Positions 1 through 11,267 of a stretch of DNA of 64,000 nt are shown piece by piece. A model generated the notes under the pieces. It saw only the letters and a program-made list of their open reading frames with translations, had not been told where the DNA came from and did no database searches. How positions within the stretch are numbered: the stretch's first letter is position 1; the number at the start of each line of letters is the position of its first letter. Source of the stretch: an uncultured Pseudomonadota bacterium (GTDB lineage Bacteria > Oederibacteriota > Muellerivitia > Muellerivitales > Muellerivitaceae); contig CAWJKT010000006.1 of NCBI GenBank assembly GCA_963843375.1, positions 309,047 through 373,046 of the forward strand. Reading direction: 5' to 3'. Position numbers and translations under genes: made by a program.

Positions 1-324
1 GGCTTAATTCTAGAGGGGGCTTTCCCCTCCATTTACGCGGTCAGCCGCCAGCGCTATCCCTGGCTATTGGTGTTTCCCTTCATGATTTGGGACAAGTTCG
101 AGACCGGAAAATACGTGACTGAGCGGACCTGTCCCTTGCTGGACACGCACGCCGAAAAAGACACGATTATTCCCATTGAGTTGGGCCGGAAAGTTTTCGA
201 GGACGCGTCGAACCCCAAGCAATGGCTGGTCATCAAGGGGATCAATCACAACGACTTCCCCAGCGTCGCCTATCAATACCTGAAACCCATTCAGGATTTT
301 GTTTCGCTATGCCTGAAGCCTTGA
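1..324 (+). CDS. alpha/beta hydrolase, C-terminal part (5' truncated by window edge)
   Basis: Frame is open from base 1: GLILEGAFPSI...LLDTHAEKDTIIP...GINHND, with the acid (D) and His motifs of the alpha/beta fold. Confidence 0.75.
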   Translation, partial: GLILEGAFPSIYAVSRQRYPWLLVFPFMIWDKFETGKYVTERTCPLLDTHAEKDTIIPIELGRKVFEDASNPKQWLVIKGINHNDFPSVAYQYLKPIQDFVSLCLKP

Positions 325-905
325 TACATCCCTAAATGGGCCCTTTTCTTCCGGTCGATGTTTTCCAGGGTATGAATCAGGTGTTTTTGGATAAAAGAAT
401 CCAGGGTCATATCAGCCTGACCCGCTAATTCGGGGGTTCCTACGCAAAAAAGCCCCGCGGCCTTGGCCGCCTGAACCCCCAAAATGTCCGTTTCCAATGC
501 CACCGCCCGAACGGGTTTTACCCCCATCATGTCCAGGGATAATAAGTGCAACTCGGTTTTGGGCTTCAGTTCGGTCACATCCTCGAAACAACGGATGTTA
601 TCGAAGTCTTCGGCAAGGTTCATTCGATGAAGCTCATCAACCACCTGGGTCTGTTTCCGATTGGAGGTAAGAACCAGGCGGACTTCAAAACCCCGCAGGA
701 GACGAAAACAAAGTTTCAAGGCGGCCAAGGGCGTCTCTTCGGGAAAATCGTCCTTGTTGTAATTCTGGTTGCGGGAATCCCGGATCACCCAGTCGAAATC
801 GAAGAGGAGGGCCTTGGTCAGCCAGAAGCTTTCGGGAACCATTCCGGCGAAGGGAGTCCCCCGGGGATTGTTGATGTCGGAAGGACCGAAATTAATGGGA
901 CTCAT
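291..905 (-). CDS. HAD-family hydrolase, divergent
   Basis: LLFDFD motif I, LVLTSN motif II, KP, and VALETDILGVQAAKAAG resembling beta-PGM-like motif IV. Confidence 0.7.
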   Translation of the reverse strand: MSPINFGPSDINNPRGTPFAGMVPESFWLTKALLFDFDWVIRDSRNQNYNKDDFPEETPLAALKLCFRLLRGFEVRLVLTSNRKQTQVVDELHRMNLAEDFDNIRCFEDVTELKPKTELHLLSLDMMGVKPVRAVALETDILGVQAAKAAGLFCVGTPELAGQADMTLDSFIQKHLIHTLENIDRKKRAHLGMYQGFRHSETKS

Positions 906-910
906 AAAGC

Positions 911-2369
911 TTAAGCGTCTAACTTTTTCTTGAGAATCTCATTCACCATTTTGGGGTTGGACTTTCCTTGGGTCGCTTGCATGACCTTGCCGACGAGAAA
1001 ACCAATTACTCCTTGTTTTCCGCCTTTGTAATCGGCCACCACCGCGGGGTTTTCGGCCAAAACTTTTTCCACAGCGCCCTCGATGGCCTTGGGATCGGAC
1101 ACCTGGGCCATCCCACGGGACTTCACGATCTCGGCGGGCGAAACGCCCAGATCAAACATCTCGGCGAAAACTTCCTTAGCTTGTTTGCTGTTGATCGTTC
1201 CGGCCTCAATGATGTCCACCAATTCGCAAAGCTTCTTTTGATCAAACTTGAGATCCTTGAGTTCTTTTTCCTGCTCCTTCATCTTGGCAGCCATATCTCC
1301 CATAATCCAGTTGGCGAGTCCCTTGGGGTTCTTGGTATGTTTGGCCCCTTCTTCAAACCAATGGGCCAATTCCTGGTCGGAAGTTAAAACTCCGCCATCG
1401 TAGTGGCTCAAACCATATTGGGAAACAAACCGTGCCCTTTTAGCCGAAGGCAGTTCGGGCAGGTTTTTCCTGATTTTTTGGACATAATCCTCGCTGAGGA
1501 TGATGGGAACTAAATCGGGCTCAGGGAAATAACGATAATCATGCGCTTCTTCCTTGGAACGCATGGTCTTGGTTTTGTTTTCGGTAACATCCCAAAGCCG
1601 GGACTCCTGAACAATCCTTTCGCCTTTATCCAGCAGGGCGGCCTGGCGCTTGATCTCGTATTCGATGGCCTGTTTGGCGAATTTGAAGCTGTTCATGTTC
1701 TTGATTTCGGTGCGGGTTCCGAACTTTTCGGTTCCCTTCGGACGAATCGAGACGTTGGCGTCGCAGCGAAGCGACCCCTCTTCCATGTTGCAGTCGGAGA
1801 CATCGATATAAAGGAGGATATTCTTCAAAGCGGTCAGGTAGGCATAAGCCTCATCCGCGCTTCGAATATCAGGTTCGGAGACAATCTCCACCAGCGGAAT
1901 GCCCCCCCGGTTGTAATCGGCCAACGAATAATCGGAGGAATCCAAGCGTCCCGCCTTGCCGCCCGCATGCACCAACTTTCCCGCATCCTCTTCCAAATGG
2001 GCCCGGGTAACCCCGATTCTTTTGGAGCCTTCTTTGGTAACGATGTCCAAATAACCGCCATAGTTCAGCGGCTTGTCATATTGGGAAATCTGGTAGGCCT
2101 TGGGAAGATCGGGATAGTAATAGTTCTTGCGATCCATCTTGGCGTATTTGGCGATGGTGCAATTAAGGGCCAAGCCGATCTTCACGGCATATTCCACGGC
2201 CTTCTCGTTCATGACCGGCAAGGTCCCTGGCAAACCCAGACAAACAGGACAAACCTGGGTGTTGGCTTCGTTGCCGAAGGTTGTCTTGCAGCCACAAAAG
2301 AGTTTCGTCGCGGTTTTAAGCTCGCAATGAACCTCTAAGCCAATGACTGGTTCATATTCCAGTGGCCAT
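911..2369 (-). CDS. gatB: Asp/Glu-tRNA amidotransferase subunit B (1-nt insertion just after the start codon)
   Basis: Frame extends upstream of the listed ORF through EYEPVIGLEVHCEL and CPVCLGLPG; DRKNYYYPDLPK and DYRYFPEPDL present; ATG at 2369 abuts the gatA stop. Confidence 0.97.
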
Positions 2370-3842
2370 TTAATCCTCCCTCAAGGTCGGTTTTTCCTTA
2401 TGCCATGGCGTGGCCTGCTCATAGGCATAAGCCGTCCTAAGTAAGGTGGCCTCGTCAAAAGCCTTGCCGATCAACTGTAACCCGATGGGTAATTCGCTCT
2501 TCGACATCCCGCAAGGCACCGACAATCCCGGTAATCCGGTAATATTAATGGAGACGGTAAAAACGTCCTCTAAATACATGGAAAGAGGGTCGCCGGTTTT
2601 CTCCCCGAAACGGAAAGCCGGGTTAGGGGCGGTTGGCGTAGCGATCACATCCACCTTCTCAAAGGCCTTATCGTAATCCTGTTTGATGAGACGACGAACC
2701 TTGAGGGCTTTCAAGTAATAGGCATCGTAATAGCCCGAGGAGAGGGCATAAGTGCCCAGCATGATGCGACGCTTTACTTCCGGGCCGAAACCAGCGGCGC
2801 GGGTTTTGGAATACATTTCCAGGATGTTCTCGCCCGGTTCCCTTAAACCATAACGAACCCCGTCATAACGAGCCAGGTTGGAAGAAGCTTCAGAAGGGGC
2901 TAATACATAATAAGCGGCTAACCCATAGGGAGAGGCCGGCAAGGATACTTCCACAATTTCCGCCCCCAGGCTTTGCAATTGAGCGATGGCGTCTTTTACG
3001 GCCACGGAAACTTCCCGGTTAAGGCCCTCGGGAAAGAATTCTTTAGGAATACCGATCCGCAAACCCTTGACGGATTTCTTCATCTCCGCCACGTAATCGG
3101 GGGCGGGAAGATTGGCCGAGGTGGAATCCTTCGGGTCATGGCCCGCGATGACATTCATCATGATGGCGCAATCCTCGACGTCCTTGGAGAAGGGACCAAT
3201 TTGGTCAAGGGAGGAGGCGAAGGCAATAAGTCCATAACGGGAAACCCGGCCATAGGTCGGCTTGAGCCCCACGATACCGCAAAGGGCGGCGGGCTGTCGG
3301 ATTGAACCACCCGTATCCGAGCCCAAGGAAGCGAAAGCTTGATCAGCGCAAACACTGGCGGCAGAGCCGCCCGAGGAACCGCCGGGTACGCAATTAAGGT
3401 TCCAAGGATTCTTGGTTTTCTTATAAAAGGAAGTTTCTGTGGATGAACCCATGGCAAACTCATCCATGTTGGTTTTACCCACGCTAACCGCCCCCGCGCC
3501 ATAAAGTCTTTCCACAACCGTCGCGTTATAAGGAGGCTTGAAGTTTTCAAGCATGCGGGAAGCGCAAGTGGTTCGAATACCTTTGGTGCAAAGAAGATCC
3601 TTGATGGCCACCGGCACACCGGTTAAAGGGGTGATGTCCAAACCAATCGCCAAGCGCTTATCCGCTTCAGCCGCCTGTTTTAAGGCCTCATCCCGGGTGA
3701 TGGTAATGAAGGATTGAACCTTTGGCTCAATTGACTCTAGGTAGTCCATAGTCGCCTTGGTCAACTCAACCGAGGAAACTTTTTTGGCTTTCAGTTCCGC
3801 GGAGACTTCATGGATAGTTTTTTCGATCAATTCGTTTTTCAT
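2370..3842 (-). CDS. gatA: Asp/Glu-tRNA amidotransferase subunit A
   Basis: Amidase signature GGSSGGSA and [23 protein letters not shown]. Confidence 0.98.
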   Translation of the reverse strand: MKNELIEKTIHEVSAELKAKKVSSVELTKATMDYLESIEPKVQSFITITRDEALKQAAEADKRLAIGLDITPLTGVPVAIKDLLCTKGIRTTCASRMLENFKPPYNATVVERLYGAGAVSVGKTNMDEFAMGSSTETSFYKKTKNPWNLNCVPGGSSGGSAASVCADQAFASLGSDTGGSIRQPAALCGIVGLKPTYGRVSRYGLIAFASSLDQIGPFSKDVEDCAIMMNVIAGHDPKDSTSANLPAPDYVAEMKKSVKGLRIGIPKEFFPEGLNREVSVAVKDAIAQLQSLGAEIVEVSLPASPYGLAAYYVLAPSEASSNLARYDGVRYGLREPGENILEMYSKTRAAGFGPEVKRRIMLGTYALSSGYYDAYYLKALKVRRLIKQDYDKAFEKVDVIATPTAPNPAFRFGEKTGDPLSMYLEDVFTVSINITGLPGLSVPCGMSKSELPIGLQLIGKAFDEATLLRTAYAYEQATPWHKEKPTLRED

Positions 3843-3883
3843 TTGTACCTTATTTTTTTGAAGTTATTTCCGAAGGGCAGCTA

Positions 3884-4168
3884 TTACATGATCTTAGGGA
3901 CCTTAAAGTGTCCAGACTGAACTTCCGGCCCATTGGAAAGCACTTCTTGTTGGGTCAAGGAAGGCTGCACTTCATCGGCGCGGAAGACGTTCTTCACATC
4001 CAAGGGATGGGTCAGAGGTTCCACATTGGAGGTATCCAGCTTATTTAATTGCTCGACATATTCGAGGATATTGGCTAATTGCTGGGTGTATTTCCCCACT
4101 TCCTGGTCGGTCACTTCCAGACGGGCCAGTTTAGCGACATATTGAACGTCTTTTTCGGATAAGGCCAC
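3884..4168 (-). CDS. gatC: Asp/Glu-tRNA amidotransferase subunit C
   Basis: VAKLARL...HFKVPKI; lies directly upstream of gatA. Confidence 0.96.
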   Translation of the reverse strand: MALSEKDVQYVAKLARLEVTDQEVGKYTQQLANILEYVEQLNKLDTSNVEPLTHPLDVKNVFRADEVQPSLTQQEVLSNGPEVQSGHFKVPKIM

Positions 4169-4266
4169 GGTACGCTCCCCGCTTAATTAAATCCGGGCAA
4201 CCAAAAGGCTTAAAAGAGCCGATAGTTTGCCAGAATCAACCGGCCTTTTCCAGCGAGGAAAAGGGG

Positions 4267-4980
4267 TTAAGCTTTGAGCAAGTGGGCCTTAAAGAACCCC
4301 AAGGTCATGGCCCAGGCCGTGGCGGCGGAAGCCGGGTGATAGGCGGGCCGGTCGTCACAATTGAAAGCATGTGCAGCCTCGGAGAATTCGGCCTGGATAA
4401 AATCCTTTTTGGCGCCCCTTAAGACATTGGCCAGTTCCATGAGTTTTTCCGGGGGGGAACTCTGGTCTTTTCCGCCCCAAAGAAGAAGAAGCGGAGCCTT
4501 TTGTTCCGGCGCCAGATCGAAGCTCTGCATGATCCGGCTACCGTAAAAGGAAACGGCGGCTTTCAGGGGCAAGCGGCTGTTGGCCGTAAAAGAAGTGGAA
4601 CCCCCCATGCAAAAGCCCACGCAGCCGATGGCGTCGGATTTGAGTTCTCCCCTCAGCCAATCATAGGTGGCTTGAGTGTCCGCCAGGGTTGCCTCCTTGG
4701 TGACGGCGTTAAAATGGGGCATGATGGATGAAAAGTCATTATTGGTGGGATAGTTGATTTCACTGCCCGGCGCTAAAGTTCGGTGGAAAAGTTCCGGCGC
4801 GACCGCCAAATACCCCTCCCGGGCTACCCTCCGGGCGACTTCCTTGATATGACCGTTAACACCAAAGGCTTCCTGGAAAACCATGATGCCCGCCTTGGGG
4901 GAGTTTTCCGGCCTCACCACGAAAGCTTGCATCTGGGTGCCGTCGCCGATATGAAGTTGAACCGTCGATTCCTGAATCAT
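4267..4980 (-). CDS. dienelactone hydrolase family protein
   Basis: QEAFGVN, GFCMGG nucleophile motif, AAHAF. Confidence 0.92.
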   Translation of the reverse strand: MIQESTVQLHIGDGTQMQAFVVRPENSPKAGIMVFQEAFGVNGHIKEVARRVAREGYLAVAPELFHRTLAPGSEINYPTNNDFSSIMPHFNAVTKEATLADTQATYDWLRGELKSDAIGCVGFCMGGSTSFTANSRLPLKAAVSFYGSRIMQSFDLAPEQKAPLLLLWGGKDQSSPPEKLMELANVLRGAKKDFIQAEFSEAAHAFNCDDRPAYHPASAATAWAMTLGFFKAHLLKA

Positions 4981-5010
4981 TCCAACCTCCTTAAAAAATT
5001 CAATTGAAAT

Positions 5011-7214
5011 CTATTCCACTTTCTCCAAGTTCGCCATCTTCGCCAAAAGCTGTTTCTTGCCATGGTTGGGGAATGACACCGTGACTTTCAAGTTCTCGCC
5101 CGAGCCCGTTAAAGCCAAAACCATTCCCTTGCCGAACTTTTTATGACTAACCGTCTCGCCCAAAGCGTAGGGGGCCATGACCGGTTCATCGTCCCACTCC
5201 GGGTCCTTAAGCTCGTCGAATTCCTTTTTCTTAGCATCCCGAACCTCATAAAGACCACCCTGGGTAGCCACAATCGAAGCGGCCTTGCCGGTAACCTGAA
5301 TCATATCCTTTGGAATTTCAGAAAGAAAGCGGGAAGGCGCGCGCCATTGGGGGGTTCCGTAAACATAGCGGCAGGCCGCGCCGGTGAGATAGAGAATGTC
5401 CATGGCCCGTGTCATGCCCACATAACAAAGCCTTCGCTCTTCTTGCACATCGTCGTCTTCTTCAATGGAATTGTTATGAGGAAATAAACCCTCTTCTAAA
5501 CCGGTGATAAAAACGATGGGAAATTCCAGACCTTTGGCGTTATGCATAGTCATCAAGGTTACGCAGTTCTTTTTATCTTGCAGCTTGTCAATGTCCGCCA
5601 CCAGGGACACCTGATCTAAGTAACCTTCAAGGGTCGGCTTTTCAACACTTTTTTCATAGTCCACTACCGAGTTCACTAATTCCTTCAGGTTCTCAGCTCG
5701 CATCTTGGATTCAATCGTGTCATCGTTAGCCAAATCCGTTAAATAACCTGATCGTTCAAGAACCTTTTTCACGAATTCTCCAGGAGATACCGAATCTTTT
5801 TCAGCGATGAGCCCATCCACCATGGATACGAAACTGGCCAGGGCCTGGGTGGCTTTCTTGGGAAATTCCCCGCCTAAAGCCGCTTTGCGGGAAGCGTCCA
5901 GCAGGGTCATATCCAGGCTTTTGGCGGTCTCTTCTAATTTCGCCACGGTGCCGCTTCCGATGCCACGGATGGGCACATTAATCATACGGCGCAGTGAAAC
6001 CGAATCTTTCGGGTTCACCAGCACATGGAAATAGGCCAACATGTCTTTGACTTCCTTGCGGTCATAAAACTTGAGGCCTCCCACGATGATATAAGGAATG
6101 TTATGGCGGCGACAGGCGTCTTCCAGGACCCGGGATTGGGCGTTGGTGCGGTAAAGGATCGCCACACTCCGGAAAGACCGGCCCGGTTCTCCCAATCTTT
6201 CGTAAATAGTTTTTAGTACAAATTCCGCCTCATCCTTGTCATCCTCGGCCTGGTAATAAGTGGGAGTTTCCCCCATTTCCCGGAGGGAAAAAAGCTCCTT
6301 TTCCTTGCGTTGGGAGTTGTTGCGGATAACCGCTTGGGCCGCCTGAATAACGGACCGGGTGGAACGGTAATTTTGCTGTAATTTGAAGAGCTTGGCCCCC
6401 GGAAAATCCTGTTCGAATCGCAGGATATTGCGGATGTCCGCTCCCCGCCAACCATAAATGGACTGATCCGGATCCCCGACGACATAAAGATTATTTAAAG
6501 GATGGGCGATTGCCGAAATGAGTTGGTATTGGGCCATATTGATGTCTTGGTATTCGTCCACCTGGATATATTCAAACCTCTTACGGTAGCTTTCCAGGAT
6601 ATCCGGATACTGCTTCATCAAGAGAACCGCATTGAAAAGAAGATCGTCGAAATCCATGGCGTTGTTTTCTTTGAGCTTGGTCTGGTACCGGGGATAGATT
6701 TGGGCCACCTTTTCCTGGAAGAAGCCCGCCATCAGTTCCTCGTATTCCTTGGGATTCTTCAGCTCGTTCTTAGCCGCACTGATATGAGAATGCACGGCGT
6801 AAGGGTGTACCTGTTTCTCATCCCATTTAAGATCCCAAAGACATTCCTTGATCAGGGCCTTTTGGTCCGAGTCGTCGTAGATCGTAAACCCCGGCTGATA
6901 TCCCAGTTTATCGGCGTGGAGTTTGAGGATCGAAAGGCAGAGCCGGTGGAAGGTGCCGATAAAAAGTTCCCGGACCTTTTGATGTCCAGCCAGGTTGGCT
7001 ACCCGGTCTTTCATTTCCTGTGCCGCCTTGTTGGTGAAGGTAACTGCCAGGATACGAAAGGGAGATACATGCAGTTCATCCATCAATCGAAGAATCCGGT
7101 AGGTGATGACACGGGTTTTACCCGACCCCGCCCCGCCAAAATAAGGGCTGGCCCAGCGTTATGGACAACCGCTTCGCGTTGTTCTTCGTTTAAATCCTGA
7201 TAAGTGCGTTTCAT
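5011..7214 (-). CDS. pcrA: ATP-dependent DNA helicase PcrA/UvrD (frameshift in G-run of the Walker A region, ~7130)
   Basis: Upstream frame MKRTYQDLNEEQREAV...ILAG(A)GSGKT; TFTNKAA, VDEYQD, NYRST, HNAKGLEF, EERRLCYVG; C-terminal Tudor-like domain. Confidence 0.95.
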
Positions 7215-7222
7215 GAATTCCA

Positions 7223-7720
7223 TTAAGATAAGGTTTTAAAGCTTATGGTCATTGCGAGGAATGGAGCAAAAATTTTATAAAGATTGCGGCCAAAATAAAA
7301 AATCCCACTCCCTTTCAGGGCGGGATTTGGGGATTGTCGTATAAAAAGGAGGTTAAATGCTACTAGGCCTTTTTCCACGTAATGGCGGATGATTTTACGG
7401 ATTTCCTCGTCCGCCACAATAAATTGAAGTCCGAACATGCCCTCGCTGGCCCAAGCAAGCTTGGAGTAAACATCCATCATTTTATTTTTTTGAACTTGGA
7501 AATTGAGTTTGAAGATTTTGGAGGAGGAAGGTGACATCTCCACTTCCAAGCGGATGCCTCCTTCGCTAACATCCTTAGCCTTGACTTTGATGGGGGTTCC
7601 CTGCACTTCAAAAACATTCCCCGATTTGGATTCCACCACATTATGTAATGTGACGGTTTCTTGAAATTTTGCCCGGGAATGTTTCCTGCGTTCACTTTTG
7701 GGCTGGTTAGCTTGGCTCAT
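7223..7720 (-). CDS. PilZ-domain protein (true stop probably ~7363)
   Basis: ERRKHSR (RxxxR) and DVSEGG (DxSxxG) c-di-GMP motifs; the listed C-terminal tail runs through a terminator. Confidence 0.85.
   Translation of the reverse strand: MSQANQPKSERRKHSRAKFQETVTLHNVVESKSGNVFEVQGTPIKVKAKDVSEGGIRLEVEMSPSSSKIFKLNFQVQKNKMMDVYSKLAWASEGMFGLQFIVADEEIRKIIRHYVEKGLVAFNLLFIRQSPNPALKGSGIFYFGRNLYKIFAPFLAMTISFKTLS
7297..7328 (-). terminator. intrinsic terminator after the PilZ gene
   Basis: Minus strand AAATCCCGCCC-TGAAA-GGGAGTGGGATT followed by a T-run. Confidence 0.65.
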
Positions 7721-7875
7721 TAAATCCCCTCGCAAACCCAGTTAAACGGTAAAGCTATAAAACGAATAATAGCTCATTTTAGTTTTAATGGTAATCGATT
7801 TTTATTGGCAAATTTAACTAAAAAGGATTTTATTTTTTTGAAAGCGTTTCCTCGAAAAAGATAACAAAAGCCCAC

Positions 7876-9978
7876 TTATTTATAAAGTTCAATATAAAAC
7901 GCCCCAGGAACCCAAGAAATAAGCATGTTGTTTTTTGCCCATTTGACTGGAACCTTACCTTTAAGAATCTCTCCTTGGGCGTCCAAGGCCCGCGCTTTTA
8001 CTTTGGCGTCCTTTTGAAAACGGAAAATGGTGATTTTAGCCTGTAGCGGTTCCACTAAAACGGGACCCGTCCCGGTTGAAATGAGTTTCGTCTTTGCCGC
8101 GTTATAAACCTGGCCTGTGTTTTCCATCCGGGTCACCCCCGTGAGAAGCATATGATCCGATGCCCAAAGATTGGTCTTGGTTAATGAAATGAGGGAAAGA
8201 GATTCAAATAAATTGGGCGATTCCACCTGCCATACGGGACTCGCGATTTTCCGGTGTCCCACAAAACCGATGACGGCTTGGAATCGTGGACTGGAAACCT
8301 GAATCACCCCGACATTTCCCTGCCAATGAATTTGTTCGGTATCGGAAATGATGGATTGGGTCTTATTAACCACCTTAGCCTTCAAGAGACCCGTGGGATC
8401 GGTTTTAAATTTCCCCCCATCGGGTTCAGTCCCTGAGCGATGAGCCAGAGAGGTTAAAAGGTTTCCATCGTTTTTAAGGACAAAAAACCTTCCTTCTTTC
8501 AAATCGCCCCGCAAAAAAGCAAGAGCCGCTATAGGCCATTGGGCTGATAATACGGGCTTATTATTCATTTCATCGCCAAGTGTAATGGCATTTTCATCAT
8601 AGGATCCTGAAAGGGACATTCCCAGGGAAGCCTGCCAACCCTGGAAACCGGCATAAGCGGACATTAACAGAGGGACCTCCCCTAGATATTCATTCGGCCA
8701 TCCAGCAGTCCACTGAACTTCATACCCGGTTCCAAAGGTTCTAGAGGAAATCAATTGAGCTGGCAGACTTTTTTCCGGCGCCATCACCATGGGATTATCG
8801 TTGAAAGTGACTGGTTGTTCGCCGGCGGATGAAACCGAGTCCCAACTAACACTGGCGGATTTTAAGTTTATGGACGATAGAACCGCCGGATCATTTAAAA
8901 GGGCATCAGGCAAGACTTGTTTGTCCTGGCCCAGGATATGTGTATAAATGCCTTTGGTTTTAAATTGGTTTATCAGGCTTTGAAGGCGATCGACCATGTC
9001 TAAAACCGACTTGTCCGGAAGATTCACCGAAACCTCGTTACACCCATAGCGGGCGAATTGACTGGCAAGTTGGGAAAATTGTCCATCGCTGAAGGTCCAC
9101 CAGTCGCCCCCAAGACGGCTTCCCCAAAATCGGGCCGATGTCCCATCGTCAAAAACAAGAGTTTGACCTTCGCTTTTCAAGTTGCCGTGTTTTCCCGCCG
9201 GGCCATCCAATAGAAAGCTCATATCCACGGCTGTTCCTGCTGAGGAGCCAGTTAAGAGCCCGGCAGAAATCCAACCAGTCGTATCGGTAACAAAGGTTTT
9301 CTCCGGTTTGGGTGAAATTGTAGAAACCGGGAGTTCGGTGTCGGAAGCTGTGATGGCGAAAAGAATGGGAACCGGCATTTTGTTTTGAGATTTGAAAAGG
9401 ATCGTTTGGATTGGAACATCAGGCCGGGGGTTCTTCCAGGGAAAAAGAGAAAGACCCATGTCGGCATTTTTATACTTGTGCCACCAAGCTAAAAAACTAG
9501 CTGAAGTATCGTCCGCTCCGGAGAAATTGGCCAATTCAACCCCGACATGCAATGGAACGACGGTCACTTGCCCGTCATCATAAATCACATCATATTCAGC
9601 TACGGTAATATTGGAGGCCGTTCCGCCCCAACGGCAGGAGTGAAGGAAATAAAGCGTGTCCACCTTGAGATGTCCAACGGGCAGGGCTACCGCCTCAGGA
9701 AATGTGGGCTTTCGCCTTCCCTTTAGGACGATAAATGAATTCCCCTGATTTTGCGTCCAATCCAATAGTTGGAAAGGAATCCCGCGAAAAGTCTGCGGAC
9801 CCTGGGGAATATTAGCAAACCCTTCTTTTTCTTTTAGGTCATCGCTCCCTGGAACCGTTCCATCAAAAGATTGCGAAGGCCCCATGTTGGCCGCTTTTGA
9901 AAGATCAATAAAAATGGGCGCGGCCCAGGATGTCCCGTAAGTTAGAAGAACCAGGCAAAAAAACAGCGTTCGCTGCAT
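7876..9978 (-). CDS. secreted carbohydrate-active-enzyme-like protein
   Basis: Signal peptide; N-terminal beta-sandwich-like region (GPQTFRGIPF, LYFLHSCRWG, AEYDVIYDDG); DMSFLLDGPAGKHG...RFWG motif recalled from glycoside-hydrolase-like proteins. Confidence 0.55.
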   Translation of the reverse strand: MQRTLFFCLVLLTYGTSWAAPIFIDLSKAANMGPSQSFDGTVPGSDDLKEKEGFANIPQGPQTFRGIPFQLLDWTQNQGNSFIVLKGRRKPTFPEAVALPVGHLKVDTLYFLHSCRWGGTASNITVAEYDVIYDDGQVTVVPLHVGVELANFSGADDTSASFLAWWHKYKNADMGLSLFPWKNPRPDVPIQTILFKSQNKMPVPILFAITASDTELPVSTISPKPEKTFVTDTTGWISAGLLTGSSAGTAVDMSFLLDGPAGKHGNLKSEGQTLVFDDGTSARFWGSRLGGDWWTFSDGQFSQLASQFARYGCNEVSVNLPDKSVLDMVDRLQSLINQFKTKGIYTHILGQDKQVLPDALLNDPAVLSSINLKSASVSWDSVSSAGEQPVTFNDNPMVMAPEKSLPAQLISSRTFGTGYEVQWTAGWPNEYLGEVPLLMSAYAGFQGWQASLGMSLSGSYDENAITLGDEMNNKPVLSAQWPIAALAFLRGDLKEGRFFVLKNDGNLLTSLAHRSGTEPDGGKFKTDPTGLLKAKVVNKTQSIISDTEQIHWQGNVGVIQVSSPRFQAVIGFVGHRKIASPVWQVESPNLFESLSLISLTKTNLWASDHMLLTGVTRMENTGQVYNAAKTKLISTGTGPVLVEPLQAKITIFRFQKDAKVKARALDAQGEILKGKVPVKWAKNNMLISWVPGAFYIELYK

Positions 9979-9985
9979 GGCGGCG

Positions 9986-10714
9986 TTACTGCTTCTTATA
10001 ACGATAATACTTGGTAATTATGGCGTCGGCTTCCTCGGGCTTGTCCACCACGTGAAACAAGTCAAGGTCGCCCTTGTCGATATAACTGCGGTTGCCCAGA
10101 ATCGTGTTCTTGATCCATTCGACCCCGCCTTTCCAGAATTCCCTGTTCATGAGAATGATGGGAATGGGATCGATTTTTTTCGTCTGGACGAGGGTCAAGA
10201 CCTCGAAAAACTCGTCCATGGTGCCGAAACCACCCGGCATCACGATGACCGCCGAGGTATAGCGCAGGAACATAACCTTACGGATAAAAAAATAATGGAA
10301 GTTCACCGGCAGGTTAATGTAGGGATTGGGTTTTTGTTCAAAAGGAAGTTCGATATTACAGCCCACCGAACGACCACCCGCCTCGTGGGCGCCCAGGTTT
10401 GCCCCTTCCATTACGCCCGGTCCCCCTCCCGTAATGATAGAGAATCCCTTCTTCGACAGGCGGTAAGCAATCTTTCGAGCCAACTGATAATCCGCGGCGT
10501 TCTGGAGAGTTCGGGCCGAACCGAAAATCGTGACTGCGGGCCGAATATTCCGAAGTGCCTCGAAACCTTCGACGAACTCGGACATGATACGAAACATCCG
10601 CCAGGTGTCTTGTTCCTTGAAATCATTGGCAATAAACGGATTTCCCGAGGCTCCGTTTTTAGGCCGAGCGATGGAGCGTTTTTCGACTAATTTTTTGGGT
10701 TTTTTGGCAGGCAT
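9986..10714 (-). CDS. LOG family (TIGR00730-like) nucleotide phosphoribohydrolase
   Basis: FGSAR, TGGGPGVM, RKVMF, PGGFGTMDE. Confidence 0.93.
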   Translation of the reverse strand: MPAKKPKKLVEKRSIARPKNGASGNPFIANDFKEQDTWRMFRIMSEFVEGFEALRNIRPAVTIFGSARTLQNAADYQLARKIAYRLSKKGFSIITGGGPGVMEGANLGAHEAGGRSVGCNIELPFEQKPNPYINLPVNFHYFFIRKVMFLRYTSAVIVMPGGFGTMDEFFEVLTLVQTKKIDPIPIILMNREFWKGGVEWIKNTILGNRSYIDKGDLDLFHVVDKPEEADAIITKYYRYKKQ

Positions 10715-10732
10715 GGTTCCTCTTTCAAAAGA

Positions 10733-11170
10733 TCAGGCAATAACAGATTCCTGTTTATCTTCAAAAGCGTCTTTGATCCTTTTGGCATGATCCGTGATCA
10801 AAGGCGGCAGTTGCCGGACATTAAAATATTTTATCTCGCTGGTTTCCTCGCTCGGCGTCAACGATCCTCCCGTGACCCGGCAAAGAAATGAAACCCGAAC
10901 CGTATGCCATTCCGGCCCCTGCGCAATATGGAGCGAACCCTCCTTATCGGAATAAATCCCGATCAGCCTGACTAGCTCGCCCTTCAACCCGGTCTCCTCT
11001 TTTAATTCCCTCAAACAAGCATGGGCCAAGGTTTCTCCCAAATCCACATGGCCCCCGGGGATGCACCATAACCCGTTGTCTGTTCTTTTAGCCAGAAGCA
11101 CTTCTTTTTTGTCATTAAAAACCACCGCGTTAACCGCAATCTTCGGTGTCAATTGGGGCTTGTGGTCCAT
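10733..11170 (-). CDS. Nudix hydrolase
   Basis: Nudix box GGHVDLGETLAHACLRELKEETGL. Confidence 0.93.
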   Translation of the reverse strand: MDHKPQLTPKIAVNAVVFNDKKEVLLAKRTDNGLWCIPGGHVDLGETLAHACLRELKEETGLKGELVRLIGIYSDKEGSLHIAQGPEWHTVRVSFLCRVTGGSLTPSEETSEIKYFNVRQLPPLITDHAKRIKDAFEDKQESVIA

Positions 11171-11190
11171 CCCTTACCTTCCATACAAAT

Positions 11191-11226
11191 AAAAAATCCC
11201 GTGCACCGTAAAAGATGCGCGGGATT
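11191..11226 (-). terminator. intrinsic terminator of rplM-rpsI
   Basis: Inverted repeat AATCCCGTGCA...TGCGCGGGATT with a T-run on the minus strand. Confidence 0.75.
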
Positions 11227-11267
11227 CGAGAAATATTTCCAGGACTTGCCTGAAGTTCTTCGGAAAA

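Noticed and set aside
7223..7362. Hydrophobic C-terminal extension on the PilZ protein
   Set aside because: It runs through a terminator hairpin; deleting one A gives VEKA-stop at ~7363
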